Assembly: GCA_038087875.1 (NCBI GenBank)
Contig: CM075995.1
Span: forward strand, 4,652,001-4,716,000
Source: Malacoraja senta
Taxonomy: Eukaryota
Direction: 5' to 3'
Length of the DNA: 64,000 bases
The translations under genes were made by a program, and so were the position numbers. Below the pieces are notes generated by a model. The model saw only the letters and a program-made list of their open reading frames with translations. It was not told the DNA's origin and searched no databases. Position 1 is the first letter of the stretch, and each line of letters begins with the position of its first letter. This document shows positions 36,201-48,657 of the stretch, one piece after another.

Positions 36201-39200
36201 TCTGTTGTCACATCCTGGCCTTAGACTACAGGGCTGCCAACTCTCACACTTTGAGCGTGAGAGTCATGCATTTCAGCCAATTCTCACGCTGATGACAGAA
36301 TTCTCACGCTGTCTTCAGTCCCTGCACAGTTTGTCTCTTTGCGCCACATCACAGCAATCTGTGCGGTCTGGGGAAGCACGTCAGTTGGCGGCTGTGAATG
36401 ATGTCGCGTCTCTTCTCTTCTTTCTTGGTTGGATGAGCAGCCGCTGACAACATGAAGCAGCCGGAGATAGAACTAACCAGGGGACCACAATGAGGCCAAA
36501 CATCTAGGACAGGGTTCGGCAACCTACGGCACACGGGCCGAATCCGGCCCGTAACCCGAAGAACCGCGGGGTTTTTTCAATTCGTTTTCGAGCCGCACTG
36601 AGAACTGCAGCCAGTCCCTGGGACGTGAGCTGATCTGGGAACGGCAGCCAGTCCCTGGGCACACAACGCCAACTTGATCATTATGGACAAATGGGCCAGC
36701 CATGTACATGTTGTATAACTCTGACTCTATGCAGATCTGAATGGGATTAGAATTACCATTTAAGCAAAATTGCCCCCACTTTCCCCATTTTGATTCTTTA
36801 GGTTATCCCTTTGTTCAAGAAGGAACTGCAGATGCTGGAAAATCGAAGGTAGACAAAAGTGCTGGAGAAACTCAGCTGGTGCGGCAGCATCTATCCCTTT
36901 GCTCTGTTAAAAGCGTTAAAGTACTTATGAGGTAGAGTCAGGAAAGGGAACACGTTATTTTTTTTTAGTTTGCTTTAATTTGTTAGTTGATTGTTGACTG
37001 CCATAATTTCCGAAATGGTCTTAAAGTAACTTAATTGTTATAAAGCAGTAATAAGTGATTTTTGTCCAAACAATTGGAACTTGCATAAAATGTTTGCATT
37101 ATTAGCAGGGCTGCCAACTCTCACGCATTGAGCATGAGACTCACGCATTTCACAAAATTCTCACGCTCTAATGCTGATCACAAAATTTCTCACGCTCAAA
37201 CATCTGCAGGTGCTGGAAGTTCAAAATAAAGCAAAAATTGTTTTAGGGGTGAGTAAAAACCACGAGGGGAATATAAGGTGAATGCATAGTCTTTTTCCCG
37301 GGATATGTGATTCAAGCACTAGAGGGCATTGGTTTAAAGCAGGGCTGTCAAACTACCGGCCCGCCGGATGATTTAGGGGAAAAAAAAGTAGTTTAGTTTC
37401 TCCCATGCAGATGGTGTGATAGGTGAGACACGACGGCGGTGGTCCCAGCACCAACTCCCCTCCCCCTTCCCCCCTGAGGCACGGCACACACCTCCCATCC
37501 TCACCTCCAGCGGCTCTATGTCCGTCAGCCGCTCTGTTCACACCCCATGGAGTTTTAACCCTGGCCCGGAGCGAGGAGCGGACCGGGAGAGTGGGGGCGT
37601 CCGATGCCTGACCCCCGGGTCACTGACCCTCACCTCCCCCGGACCCCAGCTGGACAAGGAGCACCTGGGCCGGCCCGCATTCCCGGGAGGGGGGGGGGGG
37701 AGGGAAAAACTCCCCGGGCTTCGCTAAGTCTCCGCTCACTCCGGATGTTGTCGCCGCTTCACTGACACTGACACACTCTCATACACACACTGGCACACAC
37801 AAGGTTTAAAGGGATATGGCCAAATGTGGATAAATGGGACTAGTTTAGATGGGGCATCTTGATCTGCATGAACAAGTTGGGATGAAGGGCCTGTTTCCAT
37901 GCTGTAAGACTGTAACACATTGTAGAAAGGGTGCAATTGCTCTGGAGAGGATCCAAGGACGATTTATGAAGATGTTGGCAGGGCTGGAATTTTTTTTTCA
38001 TTTTGAAGAAAGATTTGATAACTGGTATTGTATTCTCTGCAGCAACGGTGGTGAAGAAAAAACTTAGTTGAGGTGAATAATATTATGAGAATAGGACCTG
38101 TTTTGCTTAACAAATAGTGTAGGAAGGAATTGCAGATGCTGGTTTAAACTGAAGATAGACACTAAAAACTAGAAAAACTCAGCAGGACAGGCAGTATCTC
38201 TGGAGAGAAAGAATGGGTGATGTTTCAGGTCGAGACCTTCAGCCTGAAGAGGTTGAAAACCAGCCATAAAACACAATGACTGGACATGTGTGTTATCCAA
38301 CTAAGGGCAGAAATCAGAATCATGTGTTCATCTTTATTCACGTGACACCATAATAAATATTACAGAAAAAATAATTTAATGGGGTGGCACGGTGGCGCAG
38401 CGGTAGAGTTGCTTCTTTACTACCACATGGGTTTTCTCTAGATATTCCGGTTTCTCCCATATCCGAAAGAAGTGCAGGGTTGTAGGTTAATTGGCTTCTG
38501 TAAATTGTCCCTGGCGTGATGAATGGAATTGGTGTATGATAGATTGTTGGTCGGTGTGGACTTGGTGGGCTGAAGGGCCTGTTTCCATATTAATTTTTAC
38601 ATATATATATCTTAATTTCATTGAACAATATATGATTGAATATGTGGCATTATTTTCGTCTTGTTTCTATATTCAAAGGGTAAGGTTGATTGATTTATTT
38701 GTGCAGAACAGTGATGGAAGTCCGACTTTTGCTTTCTCTGTGTTTTTCTCTATATATATGCATAACAGCATGAATATAATCTGATTTCCATACATGAATA
38801 TAGTCATTCATGTGCTGCATCTGTTGATCAAAGCCTGGCTCTATTGTGAAATGTAATTAGGAATGTAATTTAGCCTAACCTTATTCATACCTAATCCAAT
38901 TTAAAGCATAAATGTTGCATTCAAGTGTAAGTAGTCTGTGGAATTCTCTGCCTCAGAGGGCAGTGGAGGCAGGTTCTCTGGATGCTTTCAAGAGAAAGCT
39001 AGATAGGGCTCTTAAAAATAGCAGAGTCAGGGGATATGGGGAGATGGCAGGAACGGGGTACTGATTGGGGATAATCAGCCATGATCACATTGAATGGCGG
39101 GGCTGGCTCGAAGGGCCGAATGGCCTACTCCTGCACCTATTGTCTATAGTAAGTTAAAAGGCTTGCTACAGTATGCACCAATTTCAAGCTGAAAAATGCA

Positions 39201-39521
39201 AAAGCTCCCCCCCTCTGTCGCTACGCTCCCTCGCAATTTCTCACTCTCAACTCTCACCCAATGTTGGCAGCCCTGTTTAGTACAAGATAAAGTCCAATAA
39301 AAGATAGTTCAAAAGGTCTCCAGAACAGTTTTATTTTGTAAACAAGCATCTGCAGTTCATTGTTTCTACCAACTGACTCCGATAAGAGCAACATCCATAT
39401 ATGTAATTTTATTTTTGATGCATAAAAAAAAAAGGAGAGAGGCCAAGATATTCGGAAAAGGGAATTCATGCGCTTAAGTGACATGCAGCTGAAGATACTG
39501 CAACTGCAACTGCAACTGCAA

Positions 39522-41091
39522 CCCATTCGCTGTGATGGTATTTCAGTCTCAGTCACAGAGGCCGACGTCAGGAAATCCTTCAGAGGGGTGAACCCTCGAA
39601 AAGTGCCTGGACCTGATGGTATACCTGGTCGTGTTCTAAAAACCTGTGCAGACCAACTGGCTGGAGTTTTTACGGACATTTTCAACCTCTCACTTCTGAG
39701 GTCTGAGGTTCCCACCTGCTTTAAAAGGGCATCAATTATACCAGTGCCTAAGAAGAGTAAGGTGACGTGCCTCAATGACTATCGACCTGTGGCACTAATG
39801 CCTGTGGTGATGAAGTGCTTTGAGAGGTTGATCATGACGCAGATCAACTCCTACCTCGACAAAACCCTGGACCCACTACAGTTTGCTTACCGCCACAACA
39901 GATCAACGGTGGATGCGATCTCGCTGGCCCTCCACTCCGCTCTGGACCACTTGGACAACAAAAACTCATATGTCCGGTTGTTATTCATCAATTACAGCTC
40001 GGCATTTAATACAATCATCCCCTCCAAGCTGGTTACCAAACTCGCAGAACTGGGTCTCTGCGCATCCCTCTGCAATTGGATCCTCGACTTCCTCACTCTC
40101 AGACCACAGTCTGTTCGTATTGGTGGAAATGTGTCAGACTCGATAACAATCAGCACGGGAGCACCTCAAGGCTGCGTGCTCAGCCCCCTGCTGTACTCAC
40201 TCTATACTCATGACTGCGTAGTGCGAACTCCATCATCAAGTTCGCTGACGACACCACTGTTGTGGGACGTATCACTGATGGGGATGAGTCAGAGTATAGA
40301 AGAGAGATCGAGCAACTGTCCATATGGTGCCAGCACAATAACCTGGCCCTCAACTCCAGCAAAACCAAGGAATTGCTTATGGACTTTGGAAGGAGTAGGA
40401 TGGGGACCCACAGTCCTGTTTATATCAACGGGTCGATGGTTGAAAGGGTCAAGAGCTTCAAATTCCTGGGCGTGCACATCTCTGAAGATCTTTCCTGGTC
40501 CGAGAACACTGATGCCATTATTAAGAAAGCACATCAGCACCTCTACTTCCGGAGAAGATTACGGAGAGTTGGTTTGTCAAGGAGGACTCTCTCTAACTTC
40601 TACAGGTGCACAGTAGAGAGCATGCTGACCGGTTGCATCGTGGCTTGGTTCGGCAACTTGAGCGCCCTGGAGAGGAAAAGACTACAAAAAGTAGTAAACA
40701 CTGCCCAGTCCATCATTGGCTCTGACCTCCCTTCCATCGAGAGGATCTATCACAGTCGCTGCCTCAAAAAGGCTGGCAGTATCATCAAGGACCAACACCA
40801 TCCTGGCCACACACTCATCTCCCTACTACCTTCAGGTAGAAGGTACAGGAGCCTGAAGACTGCAACGACCAGGTTCAGGAATAGCTACTTCCCCACAGCC
40901 ATCAGGCTATTAAACCTGGCTCGGACATAACACTGAACTTTATTAGCCAATACTGTTATTTGCACTTTTTCAGTATATTGATTCATGTGTGTATATATTT
41001 ATAGAATGCCTTGTAGTCAATGCCTACTATGCAAAGCAAGAATTTCATTGTCCAATCAAGGACACATGACAATAAACTCACTTGAACTTGA
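39522..41091 (+). mobile_element. Rex1/Babar LINE 3' portion (RT, one frameshift)
   Basis: [65 protein letters not shown]; 3' aataaa + (TTGAAC)n. Confidence 0.92.
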
Positions 41092-42485
41092 ACTGCAACT
41101 TTATTTATATAGCACATTTCATACACGAGGCAGACTCAGTGCTTCACATAAAAACATGTCATACAATAAAATGAAATAATAAAATGAAATAAAATAGAAG
41201 AATTAAAAGAAAATAAAAGCAAAGTTAAAAATGCATTATAGAAAAGTGCAAAAGTTAAAAGTGCAATGTAGTTAAGATTTAGCTGAAAGCTAAAGTAAAC
41301 ATAAGTTTTCAGTCTTGTTTTAAAATTGGTGAAAGTAGGGGCAAGTCTTAAATCTTCAGGAAGTTTATTCCAGCTATTTGTTGCATAGTAACTAAATCCT
41401 GCTTTCCCATGTTTTGTATTTACTCTGGGAATCACTAACAGATTGGTCTCAGAAGATCTTAGCAGTCTAGAAGGCTTATATAGTGGAAGCATGTCAGTGA
41501 TATACTTTGGCCCTAAACCATGTAGTGATTTATAGGTGAGCAGCAGGATTTTGAAATCAATTCTCTGACATACAGGGAGCCAATGTAAGGATTTAAGAAT
41601 TGGTGTAATGTGTTCAAATTTTTTGGTCTTTGTTAGAACTCTAGCAACAGCGTTCTGAACAAGCTGTAGCTGCCTGACAGTTTTTTTCGGAAGACCTGCA
41701 AGGAGACCGTTACAATAATCTAGCCTACTAGTAATAAAGGCATGTACAAGTTTTTCTAAGTCTTGAGCTGACATGAGTCCTCTTAGTCTTGCTACGTTTT
41801 TGAGGTGATAGTAGGCCGATTTTGTTACTGATTTGATGTGACTGTCGAAATGTAAATCTGAATCCATAATAACCCCGAGATTTCTGGCTTTGTTTGAATT
41901 TTAAGGGACAGAGAGTGAAGGTGTTGGGTTACTTTAAGCCTTTCTTTTTTAGCACCAAAAACAATTATCTCTGTTTTGTCCTTATTTAGTTGGAGGAAAT
42001 TTTGGCACATCCAGTCTTTGACTTGCTCAATGCACTGGCACAGCAGATCTATGGGGCGATAGTCATTTGGTGATAGCGCTACATAGATTTGAGTGTCATC
42101 GGCATAGCAGTGGTGGTCAATATTATTATTTCGCATGATTTGCCCTAGTGGGAGCATGTAGTTGAATAAAGAGGGCCCTAAGATCGAACCTTGCGGGACT
42201 CCACATGTCACGTTGGTTGGTTCTGATACAAAGTCGCCAATGGAAACAAAATAGTTCCTATCTTGTAGATATGACCTGAACCAACTTAAGACTGTGCCTG
42301 ATAGCCCCACCCATTTTTCCAACCTGTCCAAAAGTATTGAGTGATCAAGTGTCGAATGCAGCACTGAGGTCTAATAGCATTAATATTGAAACTTTGCCAG
42401 AGTCTGTGTTAAGACGGATGTCGTTTACAACTTTAATAAGGGCGGTCTCAGTGCTATGAAGAGGTCGAAATCCTGACTGGAAGTT
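41092..42485 (-). mobile_element. L2-clade LINE 3' portion
   Basis: CGVPQGSILGP, YADDTQIY, HAFITSRLDYCN, HITPILKSLHWLPV; (GTTGCA)n tail. Confidence 0.9.
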
Positions 42486-42993
42486 GTCGTGGCAAATTAA
42501 ATTTGGAACATCTAAATTGTCTGGTGTAATTTCAATTATAAGTCAGGGGTGGCACAGCAGCAGAGTTGCTGCCTTACAGTGCCAGAGACCCGGGTTCATC
42601 CTGACTACGGGTGAATTGAGATTATACGTTCTCCATGTGACCGCGTGGGTTTTCTCCAAGTGCTCCGATTTTCTCCCGCACTCAAAGACATACAGGTTTG
42701 TAGGTTAATTGGCTTCAGTAAAAAATGTAAATTGTCTCTATTGTATGTAGGATAGTGTTCGTGTATCGTTGGGTGATCGTTGGTCGGCACGGACTCAGTG
42801 CGCCGAAAGTCATGTTTCCGCGCTTTATCCCTAAAGTTGAAAGCAAGGATAAGCTGGAAAACTCCCAGTAAATCAAACCAAATTTACAATATTTTCAAAA
42901 TTAAGAATTCACGACAATATTTTTTCCCTCATCCGGATAAAAATGATAAAGAAGCCTCAAGGTTGTGGTTCTAGACCAGAGCTCGTCTCCTAC

Positions 42994-43085
42994 CTGGAAT
43001 TACGATGTAGCTCACTGCTCGCTTCTTTATGTATTTGTAATAGGGCATTGTCACCTCCTGAAGAAACACTATGTCGGGACTGTAC
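42994..43085 (-). CDS. TDP2: TDP2 coding exon 4
   Basis: Acceptor tttttaaag|, translates YSPDIVFLQEVTMPYYKYIKKRAVSYIVIP (metal-binding LQE), donor |gtagga; 92 nt. Confidence 0.96.
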
Positions 43086-44519
43086 CTTTAAAAACAAAAG
43101 AAAGCCTGGTTAGATATTATAAACTAATTTCAAAATCCTAGTAATTTTTGAATATTCTAATAGTTATAGCCATACAGCGTGGAAATAGGCCCTTCAACCA
43201 TACCTGCCCACACCAACCAACATGCCCGATCTACACCTGTCCCACCTGCCTGCATTTGACCCATATTCCTCTAAACCTATCCTATCCATGTACCTGTCCA
43301 ATTGTTTCTTAAACATTGTGATAGTACCTGCCTCAACTCCCTCCTCCGGCAGCTTATTCCATACACCCACCACCCTTTGCGTAAAAGTGCCTCTGCGATT
43401 ACTATTAAATCTTTCTGCCCTCACATTAAACCTACTGTATGTCCTCTGGTTCTCGATTCCCCTACTCTGGGTTTATATGAACCAACAAAGTGCCCACAAA
43501 GTCTTTAAAATCATGATGTATTGGTTTATTATTGTCACTCGTGTCCAGATACAGTGAAAAGCTTTGTTTCTATGTCACATCATTCTATTCATGAGTACAA
43601 TCATGCCAAACACAAGTATCACGGGTAGTGTAAAGAGAAAAATACCAGAGTGCAGAATGCAATATTACAGCATTATAGGATTTCAATTACAGTGAAAAGG
43701 TCTTAGATCTATAAGAGGCAAGTTGAAAGATTGGGACTACCGAAGAACATAGAACAGTACATGTATGGGCCCTTTGGCCCACAATGTTTGTGCTGAACAC
43801 AATGCCATGTTAAATCTGCCCGTACCTGATCCATATCCCTCTATTCCCTGCACTCCCCTGTGCCTATCTGAAAGCCTTCTAAATGCCACTATCATATCTG
43901 CCTCCTCCACCACCCCTGGCAATACATTCCAGGCCCCCACCACTCTCTGTGTCAAGAAACTTGCCCCACATATCTCCATGAAGACCCCTCTCACCTTATA
44001 GCTATGCCTTTAGTGTTAAACATTTACACCCTGGGAAAAAGGTTATGACTGTCGATGCCTCATAATTTTATAGGCCCCATAGCAGAAGGGTCCACGTCGC
44101 GGGGCTGGAAACTGAAAGTATCCCGAGCTAGTTCTGCTACCACCGTCATCTATTGCAACAAGTGATGGCTCCCACTGATTATTGCCGGAAGCTTACGTCC
44201 CTTTCAGGACGGACGATGACAGCAATATCAACATTTAAAACATGGAAGATGGGCACGAAAGAAGAGGATCATTTTATATACTGTTATCATGTCTCCCCTC
44301 AACATCTGATGTTCCAGAGAATATACCTTAGCTTATGGAAGGACTGTTTAGTTGTCTGATTACAATGGGTAAGAACGTTTTCCTGAATCTGGTGGTATAT
44401 GCTTTCAAGCTTTTGTACCTTCTGCCCAAAGCGAGAAGAGAGCAGAGGGAATAGCCGGGTTGAAAAAGGCTGCTTTTCCCAGGCAGCGTGAAGTGTACAT
44501 GGAGTGGATGTCCATGTAA

Positions 44520-44960
44520 AGAATGGATCGACTGGGCTTATATTCACTGGAATTTCAAAGGCTGAGATGGGATCTTATAGAAACATATACAATTCTGAAG
44601 GGATTGGACGGGTTAGATACAGGAAAAATATTCCTGATGTTGGGGGAGGCCAGAACCAGGGGTCACAGTTTAAGAATAAGGGATAGGACATTTAGGACTG
44701 AGATAAGGGAAAAACTTTTTCACCCAGAGAGTTGTGAATCTGTGGAATTCTCTGCCACAGAAGGCAGTGGAGGTCAATTCACTGGATGTATTCAAGAGAG
44801 AGTTAGATTTAGCTTTAAGGCCTAAGGGAATCAAGGGATATGGGGAAAATGCAGGAATGGGATACTGATTTTGGATGATCAGCCATGATCATATTGAATG
44901 GCGATGCTGGCTCTAAGGGCTGAATGGCTTACTCCTGCACCTATTTTCTATGTTTCTATG
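44520..44960 (+). mobile_element. CR1 LINE 3' fragment
   Basis: MDRLGLYSLEFQRLRWDLIETY plus 3' UTR and (CTATGTTT)n tail. Confidence 0.85.
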
Positions 44961-45657
44961 AGTCGATTGTGGGGAGGCTGGTCTCTGTAATGGGCTGGGC
45001 TACATCTACAACTGACTGCAATTTCCTATAGTCTTGGGCAAAGTTATTGCCATCTCATGCAGTGATTTATCCTAATAGGATGCTTTCTACCATGCATATG
45101 AAGTGGTGAGAGTTGTTGGATATGCCGAACTTCCATAGACTTCTGAGAAAGTGGGAGCATTGGTATGTTTCTTGGCAGTAGCTTCAAATAAATGGAATGA
45201 ATGAATGAATATTTATTATCACATGTGACAAGTCACTGTGAAATTCTTTGTTTTGCATACCCACGGTATGTAAAGAGTCACCACATAAAGGGCACAGACA
45301 AAGTTACAAAGTATCCTGCACCAAACCAAAGTATTAGCTGGTCCAGGACAAATTGTTGGTGATATTTTCACCATGGATCTTGAAGCTCTATATACCACAC
45401 TGATAACTCCAATTTATGCCGTACCACAATAGATTGACCCGAAGGTTCTTTGCAGATGATAGTGAAGGATACCTCTGGAACAATGGTGGATAAAGTTTCC
45501 GACAAAGAAATAAAATAAGAATACAATGACTGGTGTGGAATCACTAGGACATAGAAGTTGAGCTGAAATTAGCTTGGGGGCATCTGAACCATGTGTATCA
45601 AATGAATTGGGTGCAGTCAAGATGGGTCCCGATTGAAACATCACCTATTGTCACCAT

Positions 45658-45950
45658 GGGTGGTGCAGCGGTAGAGTTGCTGCCTTACAGCGCCAGACAC
45701 CAAGGTTCGATCCAGTCTGTAGATGCTGTTTGTACAAAGTTTGTACGTTCCCCCGTGACCGCATGGGCTTTCTCAGAGATCTTCGGTTTCCTCTCGCACT
45801 CCAAAGACGTACAGGTATTTAGGTTAATTGGCTTGGTATAAATGTAAAAATAGTCCCTAGTGTGTGTAGGATTGTGTTAATGTGCGGGGATTGCTGGTCG
45901 GCATGGAAGGACCGAAGGACCTGTTTCCACACTGTATCTCTAAACTAATA
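45658..45950 (+). mobile_element. tRNA-derived V-SINE (HE1-like)
   Basis: tggtgcagcgg head, ggttcgatcc B box, central core, ...ctgtatctctaaactaa tail. Confidence 0.85.
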
Positions 45951-46198
45951 ACTAATAAGTGGCAATGCCTGCAGATTGTGCAAAAACTACAGGACAAAAT
46001 AGAACAGAATCAGTATTTACATGTTAGAAAATAATTTTTTTTTTTTAAAGACACAACACAACAGTAAATTAGTACAGTAAATTTGTCCCTGGTGAGATAA
46101 GAGTTTACAGTTCCATTCACTATCTATACAAATAATGAGACAAATTATTTAAAGAATTAACTGGGGCTTGCTTATACGAGTGAAACAATTGTACTTAC

Positions 46199-46360
46199 AG
46201 TGCCAGGCAGGAACAAACACCTCGAGCTCGTTCCTGTAAGTTTGTCTCATCAAGTCCATCTATGTTCCAGGTTAACAATGAGATGACACTTTCATCTAGT
46301 TGTAACTTTGCACCTTCTCCTTTGCTTGTCTGTACAGGACTGGCATCTGTTAAATCAATG
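46199..46360 (-). CDS. TDP2: TDP2 coding exon 3
   Basis: Acceptor aaatgcag|, translates (C)IDLTD...SLLTWNIDGLDETNLQERARGVCSCLAL with the EEP-domain TWN motif, donor |gtaagt; 162 nt. Confidence 0.96.
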
Positions 46361-47516
46361 CTGCATTTTAAAAAAATCAACATGTAAGAGGCATGGAGTT
46401 ATGAAACAGCTGTTAAGACTGTGCATCTGAATGTTTTATAATTTTATGGAATATTCCTCATGTTGGACACAAATTCGGATGGAGAATTTTTTGAGGGTAT
46501 TATGGAGATTTCTATCCAAACAAAACACAAGCAATTAATGAAGGAAATTCTTGTCTTGTGCGATGATCTACAATGCCCCGAGTTTTGAACTGGGAAATTA
46601 CAAGGAAGCGTGTATACGATTCGCATTTAAAGGGAAAATAATTTTTACAAGGTGCCATATTATCAATAAAAATGTTATATCAGGCAAACCACTTCCCAGA
46701 CATCCGTTCATTAAAACTAAAACTAAACATTAAAACTAATAAACTAAAAAAACAAGATAGGCTGCAGTTCTAGTTACTATCTGCTGCATTTTTACTAACA
46801 TTAGTAATATTTACATAGTAATACTATATATGCAACACCCTTTCCATTTATTTTTTAACTCAGAATTATTCTGTATCATTCCATTGAATCTGCCTTCAGT
46901 AAGTGTCAGGCATCAACTCTAATTTTAGTTGCTAAGTCACTGTGGACTCATTTAATATTTTTTTTCTCGTTTTGTTTAGAGATACAGCATGGAAACAGGC
47001 CCACCGAGTCCGCACCGACCAACAATCACCCCGTACACTAGTTCTATCCTACACGCGAGGGACAATTTACAGAAACCAATTAACCTACAAAACCTGCACA
47101 TCGTTGGAATGTGGGAGGAAACCGGAACACCCGGAGAAACCCACACGGTCACAGGGAGAACGTACAAACTGTACAGACAGCATAGCCCCCAATGTAAAGA
47201 AAGGTCTCGACCCAAAACGTCACCCATTACTTCTCTCCAGAGATGCTGCCTGTCCTGCTGAGTTACTCTAGGATTTTATGTCTATCAGTAGTCAGGATTG
47301 AACTCGGGTCTCTGGTGCTGTAAGGCAGCAAATCTACCGCTGCGGCATTGTGCTACTCGCTAACAACTAAACACACAAACGAATCGCGCTTATACTATCT
47401 ACCTGTGAGACCACTTTCAAGGACCTATGTACCTACATGCCTAGATTCCTCTGCTCCACAACACTCTCCAGGGTCTTACCATGCACTGTGTAGGTCCTCC
47501 TGAGGAAAGTCCCAAG

Positions 47517-47538
47517 CAAAGATCCTATATGATCTTTG
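47517..47538. mobile_element. 22-bp collapsed hAT-type element, 8-bp TSD GTCCCAAG
   Basis: Near-palindrome caaagatcctatatgatctttg between gtcccaag at 47509-47516 and 47539-47546. Confidence 0.85.
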
Positions 47539-48116
47539 GTCCCAAGATCCCCAAGGACTTCCCAAAATGCATCACATTGCACTTATGTGTTAAACTCCAT
47601 TAACCATTCCTCAGCCCACTTGCCAACTGATCAAGATCCTGCTGTAAGTTTTTCATAACCATCATTACTATCTACAATACCACACACACTTTGGTGTCAT
47701 ATGCAAAATTTGAACAAAGGTAAACTTCAAAGTTAACTTTTCTGACTGCAATAATTAGTTAAAAATCAAGAGTATTAACGAGATACTTTATTTTAACTTT
47801 ACTCTAAAGATACAGCGTGGATAAAGCCCACCAGGTTTGCGTCGACTAGCGATCACGCGTACACAAGCACGGTCCTACACACAAGGGACAATTTACAATT
47901 TTGACAAAGCCAATTAGCCTACAAACCTGTACATCTTTGGAGTCCGGAAGGAAACCAGAGCTCCCGGAAAAACCCCACACGGTCACAGGGACAAGGTACA
48001 AACTCTGTACAGACAGCTCCCTGAGGATCAAACCAGAGTCTCTGGTTGTGTAAAGCAGCTACATTACCGCTGCGCCACCATGCTGCCCCAATGTTCGAAA
48101 GGACAGTGGGGCTTTA

Positions 48117-48653
48117 TCTATCTATCTATCTATCTATCTTATCTATCTATAAACTATTAAAACTCTGTGTATGTGTGGATGTGTGTGTGTGTGTGTTTGT
48201 AGGTGTCAGATTTGGCCTATGATTCCTTGCTCCGCCAAAACCACATGCGAAAACTCCGCGATTATTTCCATTTCGCTAGACATTACACTTTTACATACCC
48301 TAACACATTAGATCTAGACATTTTTATGTACACATTTTTAAATAAAGTCCACCCCCCCCCCACTCACTCATTTTGTCGCCTCCTGCTGGCCAGCCACCAT
48401 AATGGCTGCTGCCGCCCGGCTCTGCTCCATAAAACGCCGACATTTTTCTTCTTTCGCTGGCGATTTTATCTGCTGCCGCCCGCCTCTCCTCCACTACCCC
48501 CCCCCCCACCCCCCCCTCCCCTGGGGCGGCTCTCTCACGCTGGCTCAAGACGCTGTCTACGCCGTCAACGACGCTGAAGCACATTCGGGAACCAGACCCC
48601 GGGGTCTGAAGCACGTTCGGGGTCCAGACCCAACGGGTCTGCTCTTGGTCTAG
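48117..48653 (+). mobile_element. non-autonomous Helitron
   Basis: Starts in (TCTA)n; hairpin CAGACCC-aac-GGGTCTG at 48625-48641; ends CTAG|T. Confidence 0.82.
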
Positions 48654-48657
48654 TATA

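Larger units (their letters stand above)
35337..39275. mobile_element. composite non-autonomous TIR DNA transposon with 6-bp TSD (TTTAGT)
   Basis: Ends CAGGGCTGCCAAC / GTTGGCAGCCCTG; tttagt at 35331-35336 and 39276-39281; extra left-end copies at 36229 and 37106. Confidence 0.75.

Noticed and set aside
35887..36447. Cys/Val-rich ORFs
   Set aside because: Translation of a (GT)n microsatellite.
37332..37811. Apparent 8-bp TSD gtttaaag around a CAGGGCTGTC-starting segment
   Set aside because: No matching right TIR, and both 8-mers can be explained as separate parts of the host CR1 3' region.
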